Origin: Promethearchaeota archaeon
GTDB lineage: Archaea > Asgardarchaeota > Lokiarchaeia > Sigyniarchaeales > SOKP01
Direction: 5' to 3'
NCBI GenBank assembly: GCA_019058445.1
Contig: JAHPZA010000006.1
Span: forward strand, 1,212,220-1,276,219
DNA: 64,000 nt
Shown here: positions 1-9,716 of the stretch, piece after piece
Layout of the letters: each line of letters opens with the position of its first letter
How positions within the stretch are numbered: position 1 is the first letter of the stretch
Program-made: the position numbers and the translations under genes
Notes under the pieces: generated by a model
What the model saw: the letters and a program-made list of their open reading frames with translations, nothing else
What the model was told of the DNA's origin: nothing
Database searches by the model: none

Positions 1-1345
1 CTTTTCTTGCTTCTTCTATACTTTCATGATCTCCTTTTAATGATTCTAATTCAACCTCTAATTTTTCTTTTTTAATTTCATTCTTTTTTATATTATCTTT
101 AAGCACCTTAATTTTTGATTCATTAGATGAAATATTTTGTTTCACTTTTGATATCTCTGAGTTGAACTTAGATTTTTCATCTTCATTACTTTTAATTTTA
201 TTATCTAGTTCTGCTTGATTTTGTTGTCGTTTTTCAATTTCCTTTTTTGCCTCTTCAATTCTATTTTCTATTTCAGCGATATCTTTCGTTACATCTTCTA
301 TTAGGGAGTCAAATGTCTGACCCTCTTCGAGTTTCATTAAAAGTTTTTCTAATTGTTCTTTATCAATAGTTAATTTCTCAATTGACTTTTTTGCAATGCT
401 CAAGGTTGTCTGGTTTGATGATAATTCAGTTTTTGTTTGGGTGATAGCTTCATTTAACTCTTCTCTTTCTTTTTCTTTAACATTTATGTTACTTTGTATA
501 TTATCCATAACCAGGGATTCTTGTTTTAATAGTTCTTCTTGTCTCGTAATTTTTTCTTCAAATTCTTCCAATACTTTATTAACATCTTCAATTTTCCTAT
601 CTAATTCTTCTTCTTCTTTCTGATATTGTGCAATTTTTAAAGCAAGTAACTGAGCATTATAAAAATTAATTTTATCATCAAGTTCTTTCCATGCTAAGGC
701 GTCATTTTTCTCTTTTTCAACTTTTTTTAGTTGAGTAGATACCTCCTTAAAGATTGCTTCGAATTGTCCCAAATCTCGTTCAGCTTTTTCTAACTCTTTC
801 AAGGTAGAATCTTTCATTTCGTCATATTTTTGGAGGCCAATTAATTCTTCGATAAATTTACGTCTATCCTCTGAATTCATATGAGTTAATTCAACTATCT
901 TCCCTTGTAATACAAATTGATTGCTACCATCAGGATCAACATTTGCAGTTGCCAACGCATTAAGAATTTGTTGTCTTGTTGCCTTTTTTTCATTCATTTT
1001 ATATCCCCCACCTCCGCCCCTTTTAATGATTCTGGTAATTGTAAAATCCCCATCACTACCACCTGGAAAAATTCCATCTGAATTGTCAAAATGTATAGTA
1101 ACCGAAGCGCGATTAGAAGGGTTCTTTCCTCTTGAACCTGCAAATATTAAATCTTCTAAACTTTTTGCACGCATTGTTTTTTTACTTAATCTCCCTAATG
1201 CAAAACATAAGGCATCAATAATGTTGGATTTTCCAGCACCATTCGGTCCTACTATGCAGGTAAACCCACTTGAAAGTTTAATTGTAACCGTCCGATCTCC
1301 AAAGCTTTTAAACCCACTCATGGACACTTTTTTAATATAGGTCAG
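1..1345 (-). CDS. smc: SMC chromosome segregation ATPase, N-terminal part (runs off the window)
   Basis: Manual translation: (M)TYIKKVSMSGFKSFGDRTVTIKLSSGFTCIVGPNGAGKSNIIDALCFALG, Q-loop FVLQGKI, then coiled coil. Probable CTG start at 1345 after GAGGAG. Absent from the ORF track because there is no stop in the window. Confidence 0.95.
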   Translation of the reverse strand, partial: MTYIKKVSMSGFKSFGDRTVTIKLSSGFTCIVGPNGAGKSNIIDALCFALGRLSKKTMRAKSLEDLIFAGSRGKNPSNRASVTIHFDNSDGIFPGGSDGDFTITRIIKRGGGGGYKMNEKKATRQQILNALATANVDPDGSNQFVLQGKIVELTHMNSEDRRKFIEELIGLQKYDEMKDSTLKELEKAERDLGQFEAIFKEVSTQLKKVEKEKNDALAWKELDDKINFYNAQLLALKIAQYQKEEEELDRKIEDVNKVLEEFEEKITRQEELLKQESLVMDNIQSNINVKEKEREELNEAITQTKTELSSNQTTLSIAKKSIEKLTIDKEQLEKLLMKLEEGQTFDSLIEDVTKDIAEIENRIEEAKKEIEKRQQNQAELDNKIKSNEDEKSKFNSEISKVKQNISSNESKIKVLKDNIKKNEIKKEKLEVELESLKGDHESIEEARK

Positions 1346-1507
1346 AATTAGATCTCCTCTTATTCCATAGTTATTAAAAATATAGAAAAATGCAAGTTTA
1401 AATCTTTTTTTTTTAATTCGAAAATAAGTTAATTTTCAGTTACTTAATTTTTTTAATAATAAAAACCTTTAATCTCATCAAAAAAAAAAATAATTGGAAT
1501 TTTTTAG

Positions 1508-2701
1508 TTATATTTGCCCAAAAACGGCATCAACCATTGCTTTCAGCTGAAATGGGTTTATTGTCATAAAGAAACAATCATATGTTAAAGGGTTTTTAGA
1601 TAAAAATTTTATATTCGTAGTAAGTCCTTTTCTTGAGGGGCTTAATATCCCAACTCTTAAGGCTTTTTGAATGATATTTTTAAATTCATTTGAATCTTTT
1701 TCATAGTCTAAAGATTCACATGATATATCATATAGCTCTTGTAAATTATTTAAATCAATATAAAAGTGCGATTTTGTTGCAAATGTATTTGAGAGATTAT
1801 CTAAAAAAATAATAGTTAAAAGATCTTCCTCAGAAATATAATTAAGCATATTAAATTCATCAGATATTTGAAAAGAATCAAATTGGTTCTGAAATATTTC
1901 TAGCATTTTAAAATGTTCTATGGAGTCTTGATTTTTTAAAAAGGGATAAATTTCTCTGAGCATATCAATTCCTTTTCCAGGAACAGGTACATAATGCTCA
2001 AAAATAAGATCTGTAATATATTGAATCAATTCCTTATCAACTTCATGTGAAAATGTCAAAGACGCTCTTGTTTGTAATATTAAGTTCAATTCCTTGTAGG
2101 TAAAATAATTGAGCTTTCTTTTTATATCAAATTCAGATAAATAATCCAAAGTCGATGATCTTAAAATCTTATTTACCGTCGAAATTACGGTAATATTCAT
2201 TTCTTTTCCTAAATATAACATCTTCTTAAAAAAATCAGGTTTTATATTCTCTATGTTATTAAATATAAGGAAGAGATTTTGATCTATTTTTTTGCTTGCT
2301 AATTTAAAAATATTCCATAACTGAGAAATATTTGAGTTCAGAAATGAATTAAGATTGAAATTGAGGTTAGGCAATTTATTTAACTCAGTTAATAAAGAAA
2401 AGATTAATTCTTCAAGATTCTTCTCCTTACAGTCTATAATAATTTTCTGAAAAGGTAATGAATTGCCGTTATTTGTAATTAAATCTTTTACAACTTTATT
2501 GATAATTACTTTTTTACCGATCCCTTCAATCCCTTGATATAAGATATTAAGAGGAAACTCATCTGTTATTGAATCATTTAAAAGGGAATATAACGATTTT
2601 TCTTCTTTCTTTCTAAATAGAAGATTAGGGGGTATATAATTTGGATCAAATATTGCTTTTGGCCCTATATAGTCATTATTTATCTTCGATTTACTAATCA
2701 T
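1508..2701 (-). CDS. Cdc6/Orc1-family AAA+ protein with degenerate Walker motifs
   Basis: FDPNYIPPNLLFRKKE N-terminal motif, YQGIEGIGKK Walker A-like, YTYKELNLILQTRA lid motif, C-terminal winged-helix-like region. Confidence 0.8.
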   Translation of the reverse strand: MISKSKINNDYIGPKAIFDPNYIPPNLLFRKKEEKSLYSLLNDSITDEFPLNILYQGIEGIGKKVIINKVVKDLITNNGNSLPFQKIIIDCKEKNLEELIFSLLTELNKLPNLNFNLNSFLNSNISQLWNIFKLASKKIDQNLFLIFNNIENIKPDFFKKMLYLGKEMNITVISTVNKILRSSTLDYLSEFDIKRKLNYFTYKELNLILQTRASLTFSHEVDKELIQYITDLIFEHYVPVPGKGIDMLREIYPFLKNQDSIEHFKMLEIFQNQFDSFQISDEFNMLNYISEEDLLTIIFLDNLSNTFATKSHFYIDLNNLQELYDISCESLDYEKDSNEFKNIIQKALRVGILSPSRKGLTTNIKFLSKNPLTYDCFFMTINPFQLKAMVDAVFGQI

Positions 2702-2750
2702 TTTTCTTTTAAGTTTTTATTTTTATATTTTTTTTTTATCAACCTATTTA

Positions 2751-2772
2751 AACCAAACGGAGAGAGAGGGGT
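2751..2772 (+). promoter_or_regulatory. ORB-like (origin recognition box) element
   Basis: AACCAAACGGAGAGAGAGGGGT (CCA-N3-GGA plus G-string) about 50 bp upstream of the cdc6-like start, in an AT-rich gap. Confidence 0.4.
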
Positions 2773-2980
2773 CACTAAAAGTAAAAATAAGAAAAAAAAA
2801 TGGTATTTTCCAATAATCTTAATTCGAGATTTTGAATGTGAAAGAAGATTAAAAGATTGCTGAATAAATTCTTAAATATATCTGAATGAATAAATAAAAT
2901 TTAAACAATAATTAGGAAAGAGTTGTTATTCTTTAAATAGCTATATAAATAATAGGGTAATTTCTGATCTTTTTCAGGTT

Positions 2981-3796
2981 CTAGTTATTTATTCTCTTTA
3001 CTCCAATTTTGCTTTTATCAACTTTTTCACTTAATCGAATTTTGCGTAATTTTTTAGGAAATTTTAAATCAACATCATCAAACACAAAACCACTCTCACC
3101 TAAAGGACCTTCAACTATTTTCAATTTGGAAGGTGAGATATATCCATTGATAAATGACAAAATTTTACTATTTCCAAGAAACTTTCTATCTAGTACATTT
3201 CCAACCGAATTACATGCTGTAATAGGGATTCTATTCTCTAGAGCTCGGGCTTGCAAATAAATTTTCCAATTATCCATCCCATCTTCTCTGATTAATGTGG
3301 GAGTGAATAAAATATCAGCACCATTTTCAATGGCTAAACGAGGAGTCTCAAAAAAAGCAACATCAAAACAAATAAGAATTGCAAAATTCGATTTTCCTAA
3401 TTTAAAAATACATAACTCCCGTCCTGGCTCGAAGTTTCCCTGTTCGTAAGAGTAGAGATGGATTTTATCTTGCCTTCCGATTTCTTCGCCTTTTTCATTG
3501 AAATAATAGCATGTAACAGATGGTTTATTAAGGTTTTTCCGTTTTTCCCATATCGCTCCAGATAGGAGTTTTATATGGTATTTCTTAGCTAACTCTTTTA
3601 CAAAATTGTAGTGTTCTCCTCTCTCTTTTTGAATATTTTGAGACATATCTTGCAGGAATGGAACCCATCTTTCAGGTAAACATGCAATTTGACAATCTTC
3701 AAACTTTTTTAAAAGCTTCTTTAGTATATCTTCTATATGAGAATAGCTCTTATTTACATCTTTACAAATCTCTGGTTGAATACACGCAACTTTCAT
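2981..3796 (-). CDS. carbon-nitrogen hydrolase (nitrilase family)
   Basis: Glu-Lys-Cys triad motifs LPE, DKIHL, ICFD. Confidence 0.9.
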   Translation of the reverse strand: MKVACIQPEICKDVNKSYSHIEDILKKLLKKFEDCQIACLPERWVPFLQDMSQNIQKERGEHYNFVKELAKKYHIKLLSGAIWEKRKNLNKPSVTCYYFNEKGEEIGRQDKIHLYSYEQGNFEPGRELCIFKLGKSNFAILICFDVAFFETPRLAIENGADILFTPTLIREDGMDNWKIYLQARALENRIPITACNSVGNVLDRKFLGNSKILSFINGYISPSKLKIVEGPLGESGFVFDDVDLKFPKKLRKIRLSEKVDKSKIGVKRINN

Positions 3797-3814
3797 TGTG
3801 ATAATACTAATGAC

Positions 3815-4567
3815 TTAATTTTGTTCTTTTTGATTTATTTCTGATATGATGTCAAAAATTTCATTTAAATTAGAGATTTCAAAATCTGGTTTGGTTCCCT
3901 CAGGAATCTTTATACCTTTTTTATAAGGATCATGCTTTCCTCCTCTTCTAATTAAGACCGAATGGATATTACATAATTTTGCAGGGATGATATCCTTATC
4001 TATACGATCGCCCACATATATGGTTTCGGGGCCTAAAACCCCAAATCTTTTTAAGCAATGATCAAATAATTTAGGATTAGGTTTTCTTATACCAATCTCA
4101 TCAGAAACCACAGTGAGATCTATTAAATCATCTATTCCCAATCTTAATATTTTCTCATATTGCTTGATTGGAAGTCCATCAGTGATAATAGCAGTTTTTA
4201 TTGATAATTTTTTTAAGGTATTTATACAAGGTAAAACATCATCATAGAGCTTTATGGAATCAATTTTCTCCTTATGATATGCCATAACTGCTGCTGAGAT
4301 ATATTTAAATTGGAGTGAATAGGGGATGGTTTCTTCTATTCGTTCTAATCGATTATATCTCCTAATGAAGTAATTATAGTGTTTTGAAGAGTTTGATCCG
4401 TATTCTTTTACAATTTCTTGGATCATTTTAATTGCCATCTCGCGATTAATATCTAAACCTAACTTAATCATTGCTTCAATTCCTTTAATTCTTGCCCTAT
4501 CAGACAAACCTGTCGAATCGAAAAGGCAATCATCAAGATCAAATCCCACGAGCTTTATAGGACACAT
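3815..4567 (-). CDS. HAD-superfamily hydrolase (TIGR02253-like)
   Basis: FDLDDCL, ITDG, KPNP, YVGDRIDKDI motifs. Confidence 0.9.
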   Translation of the reverse strand: MCPIKLVGFDLDDCLFDSTGLSDRARIKGIEAMIKLGLDINREMAIKMIQEIVKEYGSNSSKHYNYFIRRYNRLERIEETIPYSLQFKYISAAVMAYHKEKIDSIKLYDDVLPCINTLKKLSIKTAIITDGLPIKQYEKILRLGIDDLIDLTVVSDEIGIRKPNPKLFDHCLKRFGVLGPETIYVGDRIDKDIIPAKLCNIHSVLIRRGGKHDPYKKGIKIPEGTKPDFEISNLNEIFDIISEINQKEQN

Positions 4568-4856
4568 GGTTATATTTAGAAATTTTAATTCATTCGTTCA
4601 CGATAATTCAATGATAATAAATAATTTCATACCTTAGAAAGCTTTTGATATTAGAAGTTTTTATAAGATAAATTTATTTATTCTTGAAAACATATAATCT
4701 TTAATATTAATCTATGATAAGCATATACAAATTAAAAGGAATTTTATTATTTTATCCATACAAGTATTTGAAAAAAATATTATTTACTACAAGATTTTAT
4801 TTGTTTTTCAAACGTATAAATGAATACAATTATTATTAAATAAGTTATAATAATCA

Positions 4857-6167
4857 TTGCCGGAGAAGCAGTTTTTGAAGACAATCGTAACTTTGTCATG
4901 GTTTCACAGGAAGATTGGCCCAATAGTGTTTTATTCTTATCCAGAAAAGATGTTGGAAGATGACTTGTCTGTAAGAATAGCTAATATTATGGATCAAACG
5001 TTTAATGAAGGTTTTTTTACTCATTCCTTTGAAAATGTGAATTCAATGAATTATTATTTTGAAATTCATTCTGATTGGGCAAGAGGAAATAAAGAAATGC
5101 TTATGGTATCTGTAATTTTTGAGCAACAAACTTCTCTGGACATGGAACAAGACGTTTTGATGCTGTTTAATGAATTTTCTGAAAGACTACAATCAAATGA
5201 GGAAATTTTTACAGCTTTTTATGCAAATGATTTAAGCAGCTTTGATGATGAAAATGATAAAGAGAATATAACAAAAAACAATGCCTTGATTAAATTATGG
5301 GTAAAAGAATTATATTGGGCTACAGTTGAGAAGACCAGAGAAAAAACGGAGGAAGAAAAAATCGCACTTCTTTTAAAAGAAAAACATATTTTTTTTACTT
5401 TAAAAAAGTTATCAAAAGGACCAATTACATTAGAAGGGTTGGCCGAATGGTTTAATTCTAAATTTACCGATAAGATTTATAATAAAGTGATTGAGACTTT
5501 AGTGGATAAACAATTTATTTTTATAAATCAGATAGGTAGGGTTGAGAAATATGTACTTTTATTAAAAGAGGTAAATGCGGAGAGGATTCCACCAGATAGT
5601 GTAATTGAATATATAGATGAAACTCCAGATCTAATTGATTTGCTGCTTCCAAAAGTGCAACAATATTTTAGTCAGTATGAAACGATGAAAAATGAGGAAT
5701 TGGAAGAAGATTCATTTACACTATTTCAGATTATATCAGATCCAAAAAAGTATAATATTCTTTCAGAATTAAGAGATGGAATAATACGTAGAGATCAATT
5801 GCATAAATTAGTATCAAAGAGAACATTAGATAATCTAATTGAAACAATTGATTTTTTAGAAAAGTATAATGTTATTGAAGAGTTAAAATTTAATAATGAA
5901 AGGTACATTGTATTAAAAACTAATTTGCAAATAACCACCGCCTTTCCTGAATATCTAAGAAAATTGTTGCCTAAAGAATCGAAACCAGTTGTTGCCAATA
6001 AATATAGTCCAAGATTAATAAAACAACAAGAAGAAATGGCTGAAATTTTTAAAGAAGTAAGGGATGTTCGTAATAAAGAAGATGGCCATAAAACTAAAGA
6101 GGAAAAAATAAACAAATTTTTAGAAGATCTATCTTCTGGTGTCAAAAAAGACACTTCCAAAAAATAA
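4857..6167 (+). CDS. longin/uDENN-like N-terminal domain plus winged-helix-like repeats
   Basis: LSWFHRKIGPIVFYSYPE resembles uDENN/NPRL2 N-termini; DPKKYNILSELRDG...LEKYNVIEE is wHTH-like. Confidence 0.55.
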   Translation: MPEKQFLKTIVTLSWFHRKIGPIVFYSYPEKMLEDDLSVRIANIMDQTFNEGFFTHSFENVNSMNYYFEIHSDWARGNKEMLMVSVIFEQQTSLDMEQDVLMLFNEFSERLQSNEEIFTAFYANDLSSFDDENDKENITKNNALIKLWVKELYWATVEKTREKTEEEKIALLLKEKHIFFTLKKLSKGPITLEGLAEWFNSKFTDKIYNKVIETLVDKQFIFINQIGRVEKYVLLLKEVNAERIPPDSVIEYIDETPDLIDLLLPKVQQYFSQYETMKNEELEEDSFTLFQIISDPKKYNILSELRDGIIRRDQLHKLVSKRTLDNLIETIDFLEKYNVIEELKFNNERYIVLKTNLQITTAFPEYLRKLLPKESKPVVANKYSPRLIKQQEEMAEIFKEVRDVRNKEDGHKTKEEKINKFLEDLSSGVKKDTSKK

Positions 6168-6243
6168 AATTGAGGAATTTTAAAAAGTTTTTTTTTGTTA
6201 GAAGACTTTATTCTATTAATCAAATTAAGAAGAAAGTTATAGA

Positions 6244-7110
6244 TTGAGTGTTCAAGCTGTTTTTATCGTAGATAAAGTGAATAATACTCTAATTTTTTTG
6301 GAATATTTAGAAGAGAATATTAAAATAAATCAAAAAGAATTATCAAACGTTTTAGGAAGAATAGTGAATAATAGTAAAGAATTAGAACTAAATTCATTTT
6401 CTAATTTCGAATTAAATGAAAAGTGCTATTTCTTTGGAGTGTTTAATAAACTTCTCTTAGTCGTGCAGCATCAGAAAGGGAAAACTCCGCCAGATGATTT
6501 TTTAAATGAACTATATAACATTTTTGTTAACGTCTTTAAAAATATCTTAGAAAATTATACAAACAATGATCTCTCAAAATTTAGATCTTTTGCTAAAGAT
6601 GTGAGGGACATATTACCCAAATACTTTCATCACTCAAATAAACAAAAAAATAATATTGGCAATAGACCCTTAATTGATCCAATAAAAAGAGATTTTTATC
6701 CAGAAAGGCCCTCGGTGTACAAACGTGATGAAATACTCTATAATGAAGCCAAGCTCATTAAGCAGAAATATGCCACTAAATTTGTTGATGGTTTCATTTT
6801 TAAACTTCATATCTATATAAATATATCACCAACTCAATCGTATAAAATTTTCATTGACTTTTCAGATTACCCACTAAAACCAACTATATTTATCGATGAT
6901 GTTTTAATTAAGGAATTAGGAAAGAATTTGGATGAAATATTATATTTTTATACTAAATGGGATAAAAAAAGACCGCCTCATATAATTGAGCTTGTAAATG
7001 AATTAGAAACTATTCTTGTACAATTTAACTCAGAAGGAAGACTATCAAAAGTTCCATTAATCCCAAAAAATGCAATACCAGAAGTTAAGCCCTTGCCAAA
7101 TATAGAATAA
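6244..7110 (+). CDS. longin-like domain fused to a UBC/UEV/RWD-like domain
   Basis: N-terminal VQAVFIVDKVNNTLIF (sigma-adaptin/longin-like strand); C-terminal IDFSDYPLKP...W...HIIELVNELE with no catalytic Cys. Confidence 0.5.
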   Translation: MSVQAVFIVDKVNNTLIFLEYLEENIKINQKELSNVLGRIVNNSKELELNSFSNFELNEKCYFFGVFNKLLLVVQHQKGKTPPDDFLNELYNIFVNVFKNILENYTNNDLSKFRSFAKDVRDILPKYFHHSNKQKNNIGNRPLIDPIKRDFYPERPSVYKRDEILYNEAKLIKQKYATKFVDGFIFKLHIYINISPTQSYKIFIDFSDYPLKPTIFIDDVLIKELGKNLDEILYFYTKWDKKRPPHIIELVNELETILVQFNSEGRLSKVPLIPKNAIPEVKPLPNIE

Positions 7111-7146
7111 AACATAGCAAACATAAAAAGAAAAAGAAGTAGTTAG

Positions 7147-7416
7147 ATGGAAAAAGAAGAAGAATCCCTGGATGATTTGAAATATCTTTTAGGTAATATG
7201 GGAATTGAGATATTATTAGCAATTGACCGTGGAGCTAAGGACTTTGAAACAATAAAATTATTTTCAGGTGTACCCCTCTCCTGTATTAAGGGTAGAATTC
7301 CTGTGTTGATAGATTTGAATTTAATTCAGAAAAAAAATAATGAGTATTCATTAAAAGAAAAGGGTCGAAATTTTAAAAAAAAATTAGAAAGAAAAAAAGA
7401 TTTCAAAATGGAATAA
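7147..7416 (+). CDS. small winged-helix protein
   Basis: ILLAIDRGAKDFETIKLFSGVP...LIDLNLIQKKNNEYSLKEKG wHTH pattern. Confidence 0.65.
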   Translation: MEKEEESLDDLKYLLGNMGIEILLAIDRGAKDFETIKLFSGVPLSCIKGRIPVLIDLNLIQKKNNEYSLKEKGRNFKKKLERKKDFKME

Positions 7417-7425
7417 GGTTAAGCT

Positions 7426-7500
7426 TATATTTCAGATTGGGGCGACATTATCATAGTTATGAGCTGTAACTCAATTTGTCACAATTTCATCATCAATATA
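7426..7500 (-). ncRNA. C/D-box methylation guide sRNA (predicted target: 23S P-loop, Gm2251 equivalent)
   Basis: Minus strand: TATATT-g-ATGATGA (C)-12 nt guide-TTGA (D')-hairpin-ATGATAA (C')-TGTCGCCCCAAT-CTGA (D)-AATATA, with a terminal stem. Confidence 0.85.
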
Positions 7501-7503
7501 AAT

Positions 7504-7992
7504 TTAAACTTTCTTATTTTTAGGTTTTTTAGTATTTAATTCTTTTTTATAATACTTTTCCACATAATAACCGGGTTTTTTAAAACCTCCACTTTCTTCA
7601 ATAAGGTTTTTTAAACCATCCTTTTGAGATATTTTGTTCTTGAAATCTTCATATTCATTAACTTTTAACTCTTTTTTTTTTAATAAATAATCTAAAATCT
7701 CAAAAGCTTCTTCATTTGTGGTACATCTACGAATAAAATCAATTGCCCCGGGATCACTCAATTCATTTAAGTTGCATATTTTGGATTGTATATCCCGCTT
7801 TTTGGTTGTATTTTCAATATCTAATGCAACAGAATCAATTTTTAGGGCTTTTTTCCCATTAGTAATTTCAGAAATCAAGTGAGGTATAAATTTTTCTAAT
7901 TCTTTCTTGTCATAGGACACGTTCAATCCGTTTTTTTCTTTTATTTTTGCTTTTTTAAAAGACTTCGTGTCTTTATTCTTTTTATCACTCAA
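7504..7992 (-). CDS. DUF2095-family protein
   Basis: PGAIDFIRRCTTNEEAFEILDYL and KKPGYY motifs. Confidence 0.75.
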   Translation of the reverse strand: MSDKKNKDTKSFKKAKIKEKNGLNVSYDKKELEKFIPHLISEITNGKKALKIDSVALDIENTTKKRDIQSKICNLNELSDPGAIDFIRRCTTNEEAFEILDYLLKKKELKVNEYEDFKNKISQKDGLKNLIEESGGFKKPGYYVEKYYKKELNTKKPKNKKV

Positions 7993-8067
7993 GAACTTGA
8001 CATCCGTTAATAAGTAAACCTTTAAGTATTTATTAAATTAGAAATAATAATTCAAAGTAATAAAATT

Positions 8068-9003
8068 ATGTGTTTAGAATTTATGAGTATATTAATTTCT
8101 GATAAACTTAAAGAAGAAGCTATTGAAATCCTACAGAATAACGGTTTCAATGTTGTGAAAAAATATTCAATAACTAATGATGAATTAAAGCATGAAATCA
8201 AAAAATATGAAGCAATCATCATTCGTTCTAGAACAAAGCTAACCGCAGAGATTTTAGAAAATGCGAATAATCTTAAAGTTATTGGAAGAGCTGGAGTTGG
8301 ATTAGACAATATAGATTTGAGAAAAGCAGAAGAATTACAGATTAAAGTACTAAATACTCCTGAAGCACCTTCAATTTCTGTAGCAGAATTAACAATAGGA
8401 TTAATATTAAATTTAGTAAGGCATATTTCGAAAGCAGATCAAACAATGCATTGCGGTGAATGGTGTAAAAGTGATTATATGGGTTACATTTTACAAGGGA
8501 AAAAAATAGGATTAATCGGATTCGGTAATATTGGTCAAGCTGTAGCAAAAGTATGCAATGCGTTGAGTATGGATATCGGTATATACGATGTTGACGAAAT
8601 TGTTAAAGTTAAGGCAAAAAAGTTAGGATATAGAGTATATCCTTCTGTAGATGATTTAATAAAAAATTCCCAGATTATCTCATTACATATCCCTTCTACG
8701 GTGCAAACTGAAAATACGATGGATGAGAGAAGAATAGGATTAATGAGTGAAAAAGCAATTCTTATTAACACAGCTAGAGGTAATCTTGTTGATGAAGTGG
8801 CTTTAATAAAGGCTCTTAAAAATAAAAAAATTGGCGGTGCAGCTCTTGATGTATACAGGGAAGAACCATTGAAAGATATGGATTTATGCAGTTGCGAAGA
8901 AAATTTAGTGCTTACTCCGCATATAGGGAGTCAAACAGAGGAGACCCAGACCCAAGCAAGCATTATGATTGCCGAGAAAATCTCAGAGTATTTAAAAAAA
9001 TAA
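8068..9003 (+). CDS. serA: D-3-phosphoglycerate dehydrogenase-like 2-hydroxyacid dehydrogenase (start may be 8083)
   Basis: RAGVGLDNID, GFGNIG, INTARG, LTPHIG. Confidence 0.85.
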   Translation: MCLEFMSILISDKLKEEAIEILQNNGFNVVKKYSITNDELKHEIKKYEAIIIRSRTKLTAEILENANNLKVIGRAGVGLDNIDLRKAEELQIKVLNTPEAPSISVAELTIGLILNLVRHISKADQTMHCGEWCKSDYMGYILQGKKIGLIGFGNIGQAVAKVCNALSMDIGIYDVDEIVKVKAKKLGYRVYPSVDDLIKNSQIISLHIPSTVQTENTMDERRIGLMSEKAILINTARGNLVDEVALIKALKNKKIGGAALDVYREEPLKDMDLCSCEENLVLTPHIGSQTEETQTQASIMIAEKISEYLKK

Positions 9004-9051
9004 TAAAATTATTTAGTATTAGTGAATTTTAATAGGTATAACAAATTATAA

Positions 9052-9648
9052 GTGCTTTTAAATTTGAAGTCAGGATATAAATTTGTAAAGGAAACGTTTG
9101 AAACTCACGAAAAAGGACATAATACCCCACATTGGTATCGTGGTATTGAATATAGAAAAGGTCATTCTATTGAACGAATTGAACGACCAACGAAAATTCA
9201 TCGGGCCAGATCTTTAGGCTACAAAGCAAAGCAAGGTTACACCTTAGTACGAGCAAGAATAAGAAAAGGCGGAATGCACAAAATCAGACCAAAGCGGGGG
9301 AGAAAACCCAGGGCTATGGGCGTTAAGAAATATACAACGGGAAAAAATCTTCAATGGATAGCAGAAGAGCGTGTTCAGAGGAAATTTCCAAACATGCAGG
9401 TTTTAAATTCTTACAAAGTGTATTCTGATGGAAGAAACTGGTATTATGAAGTTATTTTAGTTGATCCAAACCACCCTGTAATAAAATCTGATCCAAATAT
9501 ACATTGGATTACTGAATCTGCCCATAAAAAGCGAGTTACAAGGGGTCTGACTTCAGCTGGGAAAAAAGCCCGAGGCCTTTATAAGAAAGGGTGGGGTTCT
9601 GAAAAAAATCGGCCCTCCATTAGAGCGAACAAGGGTCGTGGAAAATAA
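9052..9648 (+). CDS. rpl15e: 50S ribosomal protein L15e
   Basis: RIERPT...ARSLGYKAKQG, IAEERV, YEVILVDPNHP, RGLTSAGKK. Confidence 0.97.
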   Translation: MLLNLKSGYKFVKETFETHEKGHNTPHWYRGIEYRKGHSIERIERPTKIHRARSLGYKAKQGYTLVRARIRKGGMHKIRPKRGRKPRAMGVKKYTTGKNLQWIAEERVQRKFPNMQVLNSYKVYSDGRNWYYEVILVDPNHPVIKSDPNIHWITESAHKKRVTRGLTSAGKKARGLYKKGWGSEKNRPSIRANKGRGK

Positions 9649-9716
9649 TTTCTTTTATAGACACTTCTTCTTTTAAAAAAAAAAAATGCGAAATTATTTC
9701 ACAATTTTATTTAGAT

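Noticed and set aside
396-1340. Plus-strand ORFs 396..623 and 921..1340
   Set aside because: Antisense shadows of the smc coding region.
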